Shown: positions 52,995-64,000 of the stretch, piece by piece | How positions within the stretch are numbered: position 1 is the first letter of the stretch | Layout: every line of letters begins with the position of its first letter | NCBI GenBank assembly: GCA_036785375.1 | Contig: JAWMAR010000471.1 | Location: 620,001 to 684,000 of the forward strand | Direction of reading: 5' to 3' | DNA: 64,000 bases | Source: Leucoraja ocellata | Taxonomy: Eukaryota | Position numbers and translations under genes: made by a program | Notes under the pieces: generated by a model | Seen by the model: the letters and a program-made list of their open reading frames with translations, nothing else | Database searches by the model: none | What the model was told of the DNA's origin: nothing

Positions 52995-54227
52995 GATGCT
53001 CGCTGTGTTTGTAAATTTGTGGTCATCAGTGACGGTCTGTTTCAGCTAAAATACTACATGCCCCACCCGCGTTGATCAGCTGAGCAAACCAATCGCAAGC
53101 AGCTACACCCAGAAACGCCTCTTCAGTAACACTGGCAAGGAAATGCACGGAACCTTAGCAGCATTCTTAAGATGTAGGCGGGTCCGCGACAAGAGTGGGG
53201 GACTGGATAAAGCCTGTAGGGGGAAGAAGGTCACAAGAATCCCTCAGTGGCAACAGGAGCTGCTGGAGCTGGAGGTAGTTGAAGGGAAGATTGTGACGCA
53301 AGTGGCTTGCCGAGCCATCGACTGCGAATGGAGGTAGTGAAGCGAAACGGTATGAATGGACATTATTTCCTTCGCAGTCTGAGGAAGGGTTTCGGCCCGA
53401 AACGTTGCCTATTTCCTTCGCTCAATTGATGCTGCTGCACCCGCTGAGTTTCTCCAGCATTTTTGTGTACATTAGCAGAGATATTGTGACCTGGGTATGT
53501 GACAAACACGAGATATCTTTATGTCTTCTGTCCAGATTTCCCGTTTACGGGGCTCGTAAGATAAAGCATATTCTACTCTGTCATCGAACATTTTAGTCAG
53601 AATATATAGCGGTGAACAGTAACCTCCAGATTTTGAATCATAGAGAGCTTCCAGGAATGATCTAGATCTGATTAATAAACATAGATGGCCAATTATTCCT
53701 ATAGGGTGGGCTGGGCGCATGACAGAGAAACACACAGACAAATACATATTAAGAGAAGATAATAGGTGAGGAAATGTTAAATTGCACAGCACGTGACCGG
53801 AGACGTTGAACAGAGTAACGTTAAGTGCGGTGTTTGCATTCACAATTATCATCATTTATTGGCATACTTTCTTCAGGTTGACATGTAATAGATCAGCCAG
53901 TTTGGAAGCTCGTGGCAACAGTGCGACAAAGACATGAACAAAGCAACACAATGACTATCTTCTAACTGTGGAAAGTATGCGCCACCTTCATTGGTAATTG
54001 TAATTTATCTGGAGAGGAATACACTTAAATACACTGAAATTGATCATTCCAATGGAATTGTGATATTTTCTTTCTTATTCCAGCGAAGAACAAGAAACTC
54101 AGTAAATGAAATGGGCAATAACCTCGATATTTACTTTTACCTGTAGAATCTGCGAATGCTGACCAGATGTAATTTGCTTCCCTGTCGACTTATGCTTGAA
54201 GGTATCTAGCACTCATGGTATGACATA

Positions 54228-56312
54228 TAGACAATCGACAATAGACCATAGCCAATAGGTGCATGTTTCCTGCCTCTAGCATGTCCAAGCCCTTAAAAAT
54301 CTTACATGTTTCAATGATATCTCCTCTCGTCCTTCTAAGCTCCAGAGTGTACAAGCCCAGCTGCTCCATTCTCTCAGCATTCGGCTCTTCGAGCCATCAC
54401 CACCGTTCAATATGATCCTGGCTGATCATCCAGAATCAGTACCCTGTCCCTGCTTTCTCCTCATGTCCCTTGATTCTGTTGTCCGAAGAGCAAAGTCTAA
54501 CTCTCGCTTGAATACATCGAGTGAATTGGCCTCCACTACCTTCTCTGCCGGATAATTCCATAGATTCAAAGCTCTCTTGTTGAAAACGATTTTCCTCATC
54601 CCAGTCCCAAATGGCCTACCCCTTATTCTTAAATTGTGACCCCTGGTTCTCGACTCCCAACATCGGAAACATTTGTCCTGTATAATTCCTTAAGAATCTT
54701 ATATGTTTCTATAAGATCCCCTTTCACCCTTCTAAATTCCAGTGGATATAAACCCAGTCGATCCATCCTTTCACCATATTTCAGTCCCGCAAGAATGCCC
54801 TTCCTCAAATAAGGAGACAAAAACTGCGGTCTCGCCAGGATCGCTTTGCTCCTTTACACACATCCTCTCGCTATGAAAGCCAAAATGCCATTAGCTTTCT
54901 TCATTGCCTGTTATACCTGCATGCTTACTTTCAGTGTTTAATGTACAAGGACACCAGTGTCCCGTTGACACTCCCCTTTTCCAAATCTGACACAATTTAG
55001 ATAATAATCTGCCTTCTTGTTCTTGCCACCAATGTGCATAAACTCACACGTATCCACATTATATTGCATCTTACTTGCATCTGCCACGCACCGAAGCAAG
55101 TCACCAGGCGGCCTCATCGCATTCTCCTCGCAGCTCACACTGCCACCCAGCTTTGTGTCATCCGCAAACATGGAGATGTTGCATTTAATTCCTTCGTCTA
55201 AATCGTTAATATATATTGTAAACAACTGGAGCCCCAGCACTTAGCCTTACGGTACTCCACGGGTCACTGCATGCCATTCTGAAAAGGACCTGTTATTTCC
55301 TACTCTTTGCTTCCTGCCTGCCAACCAGTTATTTATCCGTGTCAATAGCCCACCCCCAATACAATGTGCTGCAATTTTGCACACTAATCTCCTGTGGTGA
55401 ACCTTGTCAAAGCTTTTTTGAAACTCCAGATACACCACATCCACTGGCACTCCCTTATCCACCCTACTTGTTACGTCCTCAAAAAAATCCCGAAGATTTG
55501 TCAAGCATGATTTCCCCTTCAGAAATCAATGATAAGTCTGACCTATCCTGTCACTGCTATCCAAATGCGGTTCTATTAATCTATTAATAATCGATTCAAG
55601 CATCCTCCTCTCTACCAATGTCAACCTAACTGGTCTATAGTTCCCCGTTTTCTCTCTTCCTCCTTTCATTAAAAAAAAGTGGTACATTAGCTATCCTCCA
55701 GTCCGCAGGAACTAATTCACAGTCAAAAAAACTGATCACCAATGCAAGCACGATTTCTCGGCCCACCTCCGTGGCTACTCTGGGATGCAGACCATCAGGT
55801 CCTGGTGATTTATCTGTCTTCAGTCCCAACATTTTACCCAACACTATTTCATGACTAATGTGAATTTCCTTCAGTTCCTCAATCACGATAGAACCTCGGT
55901 TCTCTAATATTTCTGGGAGATTGTTTCTGTCTTCCGTAAGTAAGTACTTGTTAAACTGGTCTGAAATTCCTTGCTTTCCATTGTAAATTTACCTGTAATT
56001 CTGTCTGTAAGGGACTTTTGACTACATTTATTGCATCAGCTGACATTATATAAAGAAACATAGAAACATTGAAAATAGGTGCAGGAGTAGGTCATTCGGC
56101 CCTTCGAGCCTGTACCGCCATTCAATATGATCATGGCTGATCATCCAACTCAGTATCCTGTAACTGCCTTCTCTCCATACCCCCTGATCCCTTTAGCCAC
56201 AAGGACCACATCTAACTCCCGCTTAAATAAAGCCAATGAACTGGCCTCAACTACATTCTGTGGCAGAGAATTCCAGAGATTCAGCACTCTCCGTGTAAAA
56301 AATGTTTTGCTC
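54228..56312 (-). mobile_element. CR1-clade LINE fragments
   Basis: KSPGPDGLHPRV, VDVVYL.F.K.FDKV and FTIYINDLD...FADDTK motifs. Confidence 0.87.
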
Positions 56313-58911
56313 ATATTTACACTATCCAGTAATATTTACATGTCAAGCCATGAAATTGTCATCTAACATCTAACTTCAAGCCAAGAATTTGTCCGTAGGT
56401 TTACTCTGTCCGCCTGTCCACTATTCGCATGTGGTGGAATGACCATGCGTGGACAGAGGATCGGCCAGCTCATGCGATATGTCTACGCAGAGAGAATAAT
56501 TCCACTTGATACATCGTCAGAGAGATATAGAGGCATACCCCACGGGAACAGCGCTTTGGGCCCAACTTGTCCATGATGACCAAGATGCCCCTAGTGTCAT
56601 TTTCCCGCGTTTGCACCATACCCCCCTACGCCTTCCGTATCCATATACCTGTCCACATGTGTTTTCAATACAGTACCTGTCATACGGCTCCCTCTGGCAG
56701 CACGTTCCATATACCGGGCACTCCCTGTGTGAAACAGTGTGAATGCAGTGCAAAGGGCCTGTCCCTCGAGCATGCGACTCCATGCGGCAAGCGCGACCTA
56801 ACGTGGTCGCTAGAGCCGTTCAGGCTCGCGTGGCCGGTCCCACTTCGATCGCCGGAGGCGTATGGAGTTGTGCCGAGCTGGTCCCGACATCGCGCGGGGC
56901 TCCGAAAAACTGACTGTGTTCATAAATTCCGCGCGGCAACGGTCTGCCTGACCGCAGCCGCCTCGCCGCCTCGCCGCCTCGCCGCCGTGTCACTCACTCG
57001 ACCTCCGCGCGGCTTCCGCTTCTGGTTTGGTCGCGCTCGCAGGATGACACCAGGACTTTATTGCAAGATCGAAGAACAACACATCATCTTCCCCCGAGGC
57101 AAGGCGCAAATTTCTGAACATAACATATGAGTCTCCAACTCTACTAAATCTCTCTTCCTCGTCATTTGGAACACAATTGGGCATTTCGACGACTGTCTTG
57201 ATTATATTGTCTCTCGTGAAAACGTTCCAAACTTGAAATGTCAAATCACAACATCGTTCGGTCCAGAGAAATAAAATATCCTGCCCTATACAGTCTCTCT
57301 CGGAATTCAACCTCTCCATTCCTGGCAAAAACGTTGTCATTAATACTCTGCCACTCCCCAGATTAATGGTATCATCGCTAACATATTGCGATCTGAACAA
57401 CATTGCACGTGCGGTCTCGCCAACGTCCCAGACCAGATGGTTAAACTCCACTTATGCCCAACTGCGTGTTACTCCTGCAGTGAAATAAGCCGACACCTCA
57501 AGCTGGCTGAGGGGAAACAAATCTTAACATCCACATTCAAATTTACTCGCATTGGTTGCAAGCAAATTGTTCATGAACAAGATGGAGAAAAGGCCATGTC
57601 TCTGTGCTGTGTAACATGCAACTACCACTTACAGTGAGAGTTGGTTCAATATACCTGCCTCTCCCGTGAAGGAGAGTTGGCGCGGCGTCCCCTTTAAATA
57701 TTTACCGCCTCATTTTAGACTTTTGCCCTCTTTTAGAGACCTACATCCGAGGAACACAGTAAAATACCACAACTGATCTTCTTGTCATATGTTAACCCTC
57801 CACAACTCCTCCAGGTTTTGTTCGCAGCAGAGGGATAAGGCTTCTGCATTAGCCAGTCCATCTCACAATTCACACTCTCCAATATTAATACCATTCTTAT
57901 GAATAGAGTTGCATACTTAAATGAATCCTAAATGCACTATTTCGAAAAATAATTTCCCTCCCCCTGTGGTGTACTGCTCTGAAGTTTTTGTCAGTGAATT
58001 GCTTAGGTCGAGTGCAGCAAACATAACACTTCTTTCTTGGGTCAAGACTTTCTTCAGGATGATCTATCCCCAAACATTTACAGCCGGTGAGATTCTCCTT
58101 AACCGATTCAATCACCTTGTACATCAACATACTTGACATCTCCAACGGATCATTGAATTGAGAAAATTTCGCTCTAATATCTGGAATAACATCAAAAGCT
58201 GTTCACCTCTGTGTTTTATGAATTAACACATTTCTTTAACGATAATCTGATCAAGAATATTTCTAGCCGTTGTATATTTCCAGTCAGTTATCACATTACA
58301 CGTTATATTCGCCTATTCCTTACTTCATGAAGTGGCAACAGTTGAAATAAATTAATGCTGCTGTTGTAGCTGAATTGTATACGATGTCGTCTAGAAGGTT
58401 CCCTGTGGTTTACATCATTTAGACCCTGCCCAAAAATGATAATCTTTCCTTTTGAAAGGCAGCTCCACGGATAATGCAAGATTAAATCATTAATGGGTGC
58501 ATGTTAAATGAATGGAACGGTGTCTGGAAAATGCATTGCAAATGCGACAAGTAATATATTGTATTACATCGTAGTATGTGTGGATAAATGCTACATTACA
58601 CGTATTTTGCTGCATCTGTGTGCCACCCGTTAAAATTTAAAAATAGAATGTTCACTCGTATTTTACAGTTCCTTAGTTCTGTTGGTGCTCAGCTGGTGCC
58701 TGAGTAGTGAGCGGTCGCATAATGAGTTTGATCGCTTTGCATCACCTGGGAGCAAACTATTTGTTCAACGGTCCACAATAAATGTCCGCGGGGAGGTGAA
58801 CGCACGCAGTCCTTCAGTTTTTTCTAAGAATATAAATATAGCGCTGTTTGACTTCTCACTTTGACTCCTTTAAGTTTTGCACTGCATAACTGCGGACGGC
58901 TTGAAGGAAAA

Positions 58912-58981
58912 ATGAGTTGGAAGCGGCACTTGGAAGTTGAATATTATTATTATCCAATTCTGGCAGCAATCGGAGTACCCG
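58912..58981 (+). CDS. GPCR 'E' exon 1 (MSWKRHLEVEYYYYPILAAIGVP)
   Basis: 70 nt, G|gtaggt donor at 58982. Confidence 0.88.
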
Positions 58982-60641
58982 GTAGGTCAAGGGAACGCAG
59001 TAAGTGGGACTGAGACGTGGGATGATGTGTTGATAAAAACATTGTTAAAGGTAAAGTGTAAATAGTGTGCGAAACACGGGAATGCTAGACTGCATTCTTC
59101 AGGTTAGGGCGGTATTAGCTAGAAAATGTTTGTTTAAGAAATGACTGCAGTTGCTGGAGAAATCGAAGCTAGACAAAAATGCTGGAGAATTGGACAGCGG
59201 GTGAAGCGGCATCTATGAAGCGAAGGAATAGGTGACGTTTCGGGTCGAGACTGATCAGTCTGAAGAAGGGTCTCGACCAGAAACGTCACCTATTCCTTTG
59301 TTAAGCTACTTGATCGTTCGTCGTTCATTGGATATGTCACAGGTTAATTCTCTTCAGATTCAGGTTTAGGTGCATTGTTGCCATGTCTCTCCGGGAGCTG
59401 CAAAAAGCATTGGTTTGCATGAAAAACCAAATTAGATCAAATACTATTAAATATCAGTACAAAGAATTCAATCTCAGTAACAGGTAGTGTAAGAGGGGAA
59501 ATCGGAGTGCAGAGCGTAGTTCAAGTTTGGGAGCGCACTGCAGCGTATCACATCCACAAAGCCCAATGTCCGCAAGATGATATAGGTGAAACGGCAATAC
59601 CCTGGCATATGGAAGAGCGGCTCAGAAGCCTGACAACAGAGGGTAAGAATCTGTTCTGGAGTCTGGTGGTGCGAGCTTTAAGCCTTCTGTATCTTCTGCC
59701 CGACGGGTGCAGGGAGTAGAAGGAATGAGACCCGTCATCTTCCAGAACCCTGCGCAATTTACTCTTTATAGGACATATATGTCCCCACAACAAGCTGTGA
59801 TATACCCAACAGTATGCGTTCTATGCTAATCTGTCGCAGCATGTTTGAGTAATCAGAGGCAGGTCAACGTTCCTAAGACTTCTCCGTAAAGGTGTTGGTC
59901 TGCCGCTGGCTGTCCCTTCGATGTGGTCGTCCAACAAACATCGTTGGTAATATCAACTCCGAGGAACTTGACGTCCTCAATCACTTCCACTTCAGCACCG
60001 TTGTTGCTGACCGGTGATCCACCGCATTTCCTGATATCGATAACTTGCTCCTTGGCCTCGTTGATACTGACATAGAGATTGTCATCATCTGGGAGCTTGT
60101 GGGAGCAGTCACAGCCGCATTTGGCCGCGGGATCGTGAGTGCATGGGAGGAAGAACCCGGAACCGGATGAGACGTCTTTATGCGGCACCGTTGTAGAGAT
60201 TTATTGTGGAAGGGGTGTTATAACTACTTCTCACTGATTAAGGTACGTTCATTAGAACATTAGAAGCTGGTGTGCTGATCGCTAGGCTCGGGAGCTTATC
60301 AATGGGTTGGATGGGAGTAGTGTTGGGAATGGTAATCTGACTTTCGACTCCTTGCTGCCCGGCTGTTCCCGGGAAGGGTTTAGGTCCAGGACGATGACGT
60401 CTGATGCGGACATGTTGCTGCAATATGCAGTCTGCGGTGCAACAAGTGTGGCTGGGAGACAGCTCACGCTGCCTGCGTAGACCGCTGCTACGTAATCCGC
60501 ACAGCTCCTTAGCACGCACCCATGTTTGTATGTAGGCTAGTTGTTTTCAAACAAATAAGCAAAGCGTACCCAAGTTTGACCCCCGCCACCAAATGAGCAT
60601 CGCGTTTCCCTTACATGTAACGACAGTTTTCTCTTTTCCAG

Positions 60642-61555
60642 TGAACTTGTTGGCGATTGTGATCCTGTCGCGCAGAAATTGTGGTCTCTCCAAATGCACC
60701 ACTCGGTTCCTGGTGGCCATGGCGTCGGCGGACCTCTTGGTGATCGTCTGCGAAGTGATATTACATCGGATTGCCGACGTTTACTGGGTGCACTCATTCC
60801 TCTTACACAATACTGTGTGCAGGTCCATTATGTTCCTCGCTCCAGCGGCCGTTGCCTGTTCTGTTTGGCTCACGGTTGCTTTCACATTTGATCGCTTTGT
60901 GGCCATTTCCACTCAGAATCTGAGAACCAGATACTGCACCGAGAGAACCGCGCTGGTGGTTATAGTGACCCTAACTGCGTTCTTCTGTTTACTGAACGTC
61001 CCCTGGCCCTTTGCGTACAATTATTATTTCAGGGATCTGCAGGGTATACAGTGGGGCTGCCTAATAAAATATCAGTTTTACAGCGTATCCTCGTGGATAG
61101 CATTTTCCTGGACTCAACAGCTGCTAGTCTCAGTCATTCCATTTTGTTTAATTATGCTGATGAACGTGCTCACAGTCAGACGCATTTTAGTGGCCAGTCG
61201 TGTCCGCAGAAAACTCCGGGATCTCAGTAATGAGGACCCCGAGATCGCAAACCGCAGACGGTCCGTAATTTTACTCCTTGCAATCTCCAGCAGTTTTATG
61301 GTGCTCTGGGGCACAAATGTAGCATATTTCGTTGTCTATCGAATTACGAATGCATTTTGGGTCAGGGGGTTGATGAACCAATTTGCAACATTTGAACAAA
61401 CTGGAATTCTGCTACAACTGTTGAACACCTGCACAAACACGCTCATTTACACCGTGACCCAGAGGAGGTTCAGAGAGCAGCTGCTCCAGGTACTCATGTA
61501 CCCCTTCAACCGAACTGTAAGTTTAATAAAATCGAGAACACCTGGTGTAAAATAA
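60642..61555 (+). CDS. GPR139/GPR142-like GPCR 'E', exon 2 (intact; 327 aa spliced)
   Basis: Acceptor ctcttttccag ending at 60641; 7TM ORF with CGLSKC, SVWLTVAFTFDRF, DPEIANRRRS and LNTCTNTLIY motifs. Confidence 0.93.
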
Positions 61556-63148
61556 CATTACATTACTAATCCCACCGAGTGCTATGTTGTACTGGAGCAG
61601 ATCTCCAATGATTCCGGAATTGAGCCTCGCCGTTAACTGTTTCCACCTTATTTTGAATCCAGCGGCAACGTCTCCAGCACGCAATGAAAACAGACTGAGA
61701 GTTATGGTCCTAAACATTGCATGCTCCATTACTCTACAATTCTTTGAGACGTTCCATGGTTACGTATGTAAATGCCCAGTGCACCAATGTGTTTAATACA
61801 ATTCTTCCTGCAACATTTTCAATTCAATTCAATACAATTCAATTCAATTCAATTCAATTCAATTCAATTCAACTTTATTGTCATTGCACAGATACAAGTA
61901 CGGGTACAACGAAATGCAGTTTAGCTTCAGTCCGCAGTAATAGTGCAATATAGAAATAAAACATACAGAATAAGCAAACAATGCGGACGGAGAGACTGGA
62001 GAATCTATCGGCGGGACTCCGAGTTCAGCAATGTGATAGTGTTCTTGTAGAAGCTCATCCTACTAGTACGAGACCCGAGGCTCCTGTACCGCCTCCCTCA
62101 TTGGAGGTGGGCAAACAGTCCATGGTTAGGGTGGGAGGGGTCTTTGATGAACTTCCCGGCCCGTCTCAGACACCGTTTTCGGTGCAGGGCATCCATGGCA
62201 GGGAGCGGGGCACCGATGATATACTGAGCGGGTTTCACCACCCGTTGTAGTGCCTTCCTGTCCGCTACGGTGCAACTGCTGTACCATACCGTGAAGCAGG
62301 TGATCAGGATGCTTTCGATGGTACAGCGGTAAAAGTTGGTTAGGATCTGACCAACTTTACATTACGTTAATGAGAGTTCCATTTTATATTTGTTTCTCGC
62401 ACTGAATGTAATGCCTCATTGCCTCTTACAGATGCTTTCGGTTTTCAGTACAATTAGTAATTCAGTACCAGATGCAGCCAAAGGTAGTGAGTGGGTGTTA
62501 TTCATACAAGTTGGCATTACTAATTATATTTTTAATGCAAGCAATGAGTAACAAGCGAGTGTCCAGTAGAGGGCGGTAAAGTGAGTAAGTTCACCTGTGT
62601 GGTAAAGATATGCTGAATCGATTTGCATTAATGTCCCACCTCCATTGATGCAGCGCCGACGCTGGAACTCTGCCTAATGGAGATTCTAATGAGTGCTCAC
62701 AGTCGGATTTATCTCCTCCTGCAGGGCAAGGAAATGTGAGAAATTCATTAATTTATTTTCTTCACCGATGGCGGCTGAGATTTGTATAGCTCCAAATTTG
62801 AGTTGAGTACTCTCTCCCCAAATCGTCCGCTCCCGACGTGGTAACGGTTACATTTTTACATATTCTGATTGACATTTTCCCTCTCGAGGCCGAAAATACC
62901 TTCGCTGAACATGTTATGCTTTATTTCTCGCCATTACTGATTAAAGTAAAAAAAAAAATCAAAAGACTGAATTGAAAACGACTAGCTTCAACTGGTGACG
63001 TCACAATGTGTTGGCTAGCAGTGATCAGCTTCACTTACGTTCGGGAACGGCTTGAGTTGGGGGACCACGCCTCCTGTGGGGGCTACGGGTAGGGAACGGG
63101 TGCGTTGGGGGAGCAGACCCTATCGTAGCCTCTCATAACGTTATATAC

Positions 63149-63330
63149 TATATTTAAGAGGGAGTTAGATGTGGCCCTTGTGGCTAAGGGGATCAGGGGG
63201 TATGGAGAGAAGGCAGGTACGGGATACTGAGTTGGATGATCAGCCATGATCATATTGAATGGCCGTGCAGGCTCGAAGGGCCGAATGGCCTACTCATGCA
63301 CCTAATTTCTATGTTTCTATGTTTCTATAC
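63149..63330 (+). mobile_element. Young CR1 3' tail inserted in the right arm only
   Basis: Flanked by TATAC duplication; empty site in the left arm at about 855-865. Confidence 0.75.
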
Positions 63331-64000
63331 TTCAACCAGATCTTCCTGCAATCTCCGACATTCCAGTGGGAAAGAATCCAAATATGACCAATCTCTCCCT
63401 GCACCGCTAATCCAGCCACCACTCCGGTAAATGAGCAACTGCGACTCCAAAACACGCTGTTCTTATTAAAGGTGTCCATCTTGCTTAGTTGGCAAAGACA
63501 TTCACTAATGACTTTATTACTGGTCACCAATTAGTACAGCGTGCTAGCTTAGTTAGTTTACATTAGTTCATGATAGGCGTCTACAGGGTAGACTGTCAGA
63601 ACTTTGATTTTCCCAACGGTCGGTTCTAACCGGGATGGCTGGTCTGGCAGATGTTGAAATAATGGAGTGACTGGCCTTGTATTTATTAGAATTTAGAAGG
63701 ATGAGAGGGGTTCTTTTTGAAACATATAATGTTATTGAGGGTTTGGACGCGCTCGAGGCAGGAAACATGTTCCCGATGTTGGGAGAGCCCAGAACCAGGT
63801 CCACGGTTTAATAATAAGGGGTAAGCCATTTAGATGGAGATGCCGAAACAAATGTTCACACATGGAGTACTGAGTCTGTGGAGGCCGGTTCTCTGGATAC
63901 TGTCAAGAGAGAACTAGATAGGTCTCTTAAAGATAGTGGAGCCTGGGGAAAAGGGGAGAAGACAGGAACGGGGTACTGATTGTGGATGATCAACCTTGAT

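Larger units (their letters stand above)
57760..64000. repeat. Right arm of inverted segmental duplication (continues past window end)
   Basis: Reverse complement of about 192-7425. Confidence 0.92.

Noticed and set aside
60593-60641. ORF-track N-termini of the GPCRs (MSIAFPLH..., MQRYGIAR..., MSIAFLLH...)
   Set aside because: Intron read-through upstream of clear splice acceptors; the real N-termini are in the 70-nt first exons.
1-64000. CRISPR array or prokaryotic system
   Set aside because: Spliced vertebrate genes and retroelements throughout; the recurring short repeats are LINE, SINE and Penelope tails, not regularly spaced repeat-spacer units.

Overview
Eukaryotic, repeat-rich vertebrate DNA, very likely from a cartilaginous fish (skate/ray; inferred from the CR1-LINE, tRNA-SINE and Penelope repeat types and the gene families present). 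The window holds five two-exon class A GPCR genes of the GPR139/GPR142-like family. Each has a 70-nt exon 1 and a phase-1 intron in TM1; three are clean, one has small indels and one is frameshifted. These genes are interleaved with five germline T-cell receptor alpha/delta-type V segments (leader exon, V exon, 23-bp-spacer RSS) from two V families in opposite orientations. Order: GPCR-A(-), GPCR-B(-), GPCR-C(+), V1(+), V2(+), GPCR-D(-), V3(-), V4(-), V5(-), GPCR-E(+). No D, J or C segment was found. The window ends are two arms of an inverted duplication of about 6-7 kb (approx. 192-7425 vs 57760-64000), each carrying a GPCR. A CTCF-like motif sits 24-25 bp behind the RSS of all three V segments of one family. 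Penelope-derived short repeats carry minimal hammerhead-ribozyme cores. Two assembly gaps (8769-8968, 31211-31339) limit confidence in long-range orientation. Repeat boundaries are approximate and were read by eye.
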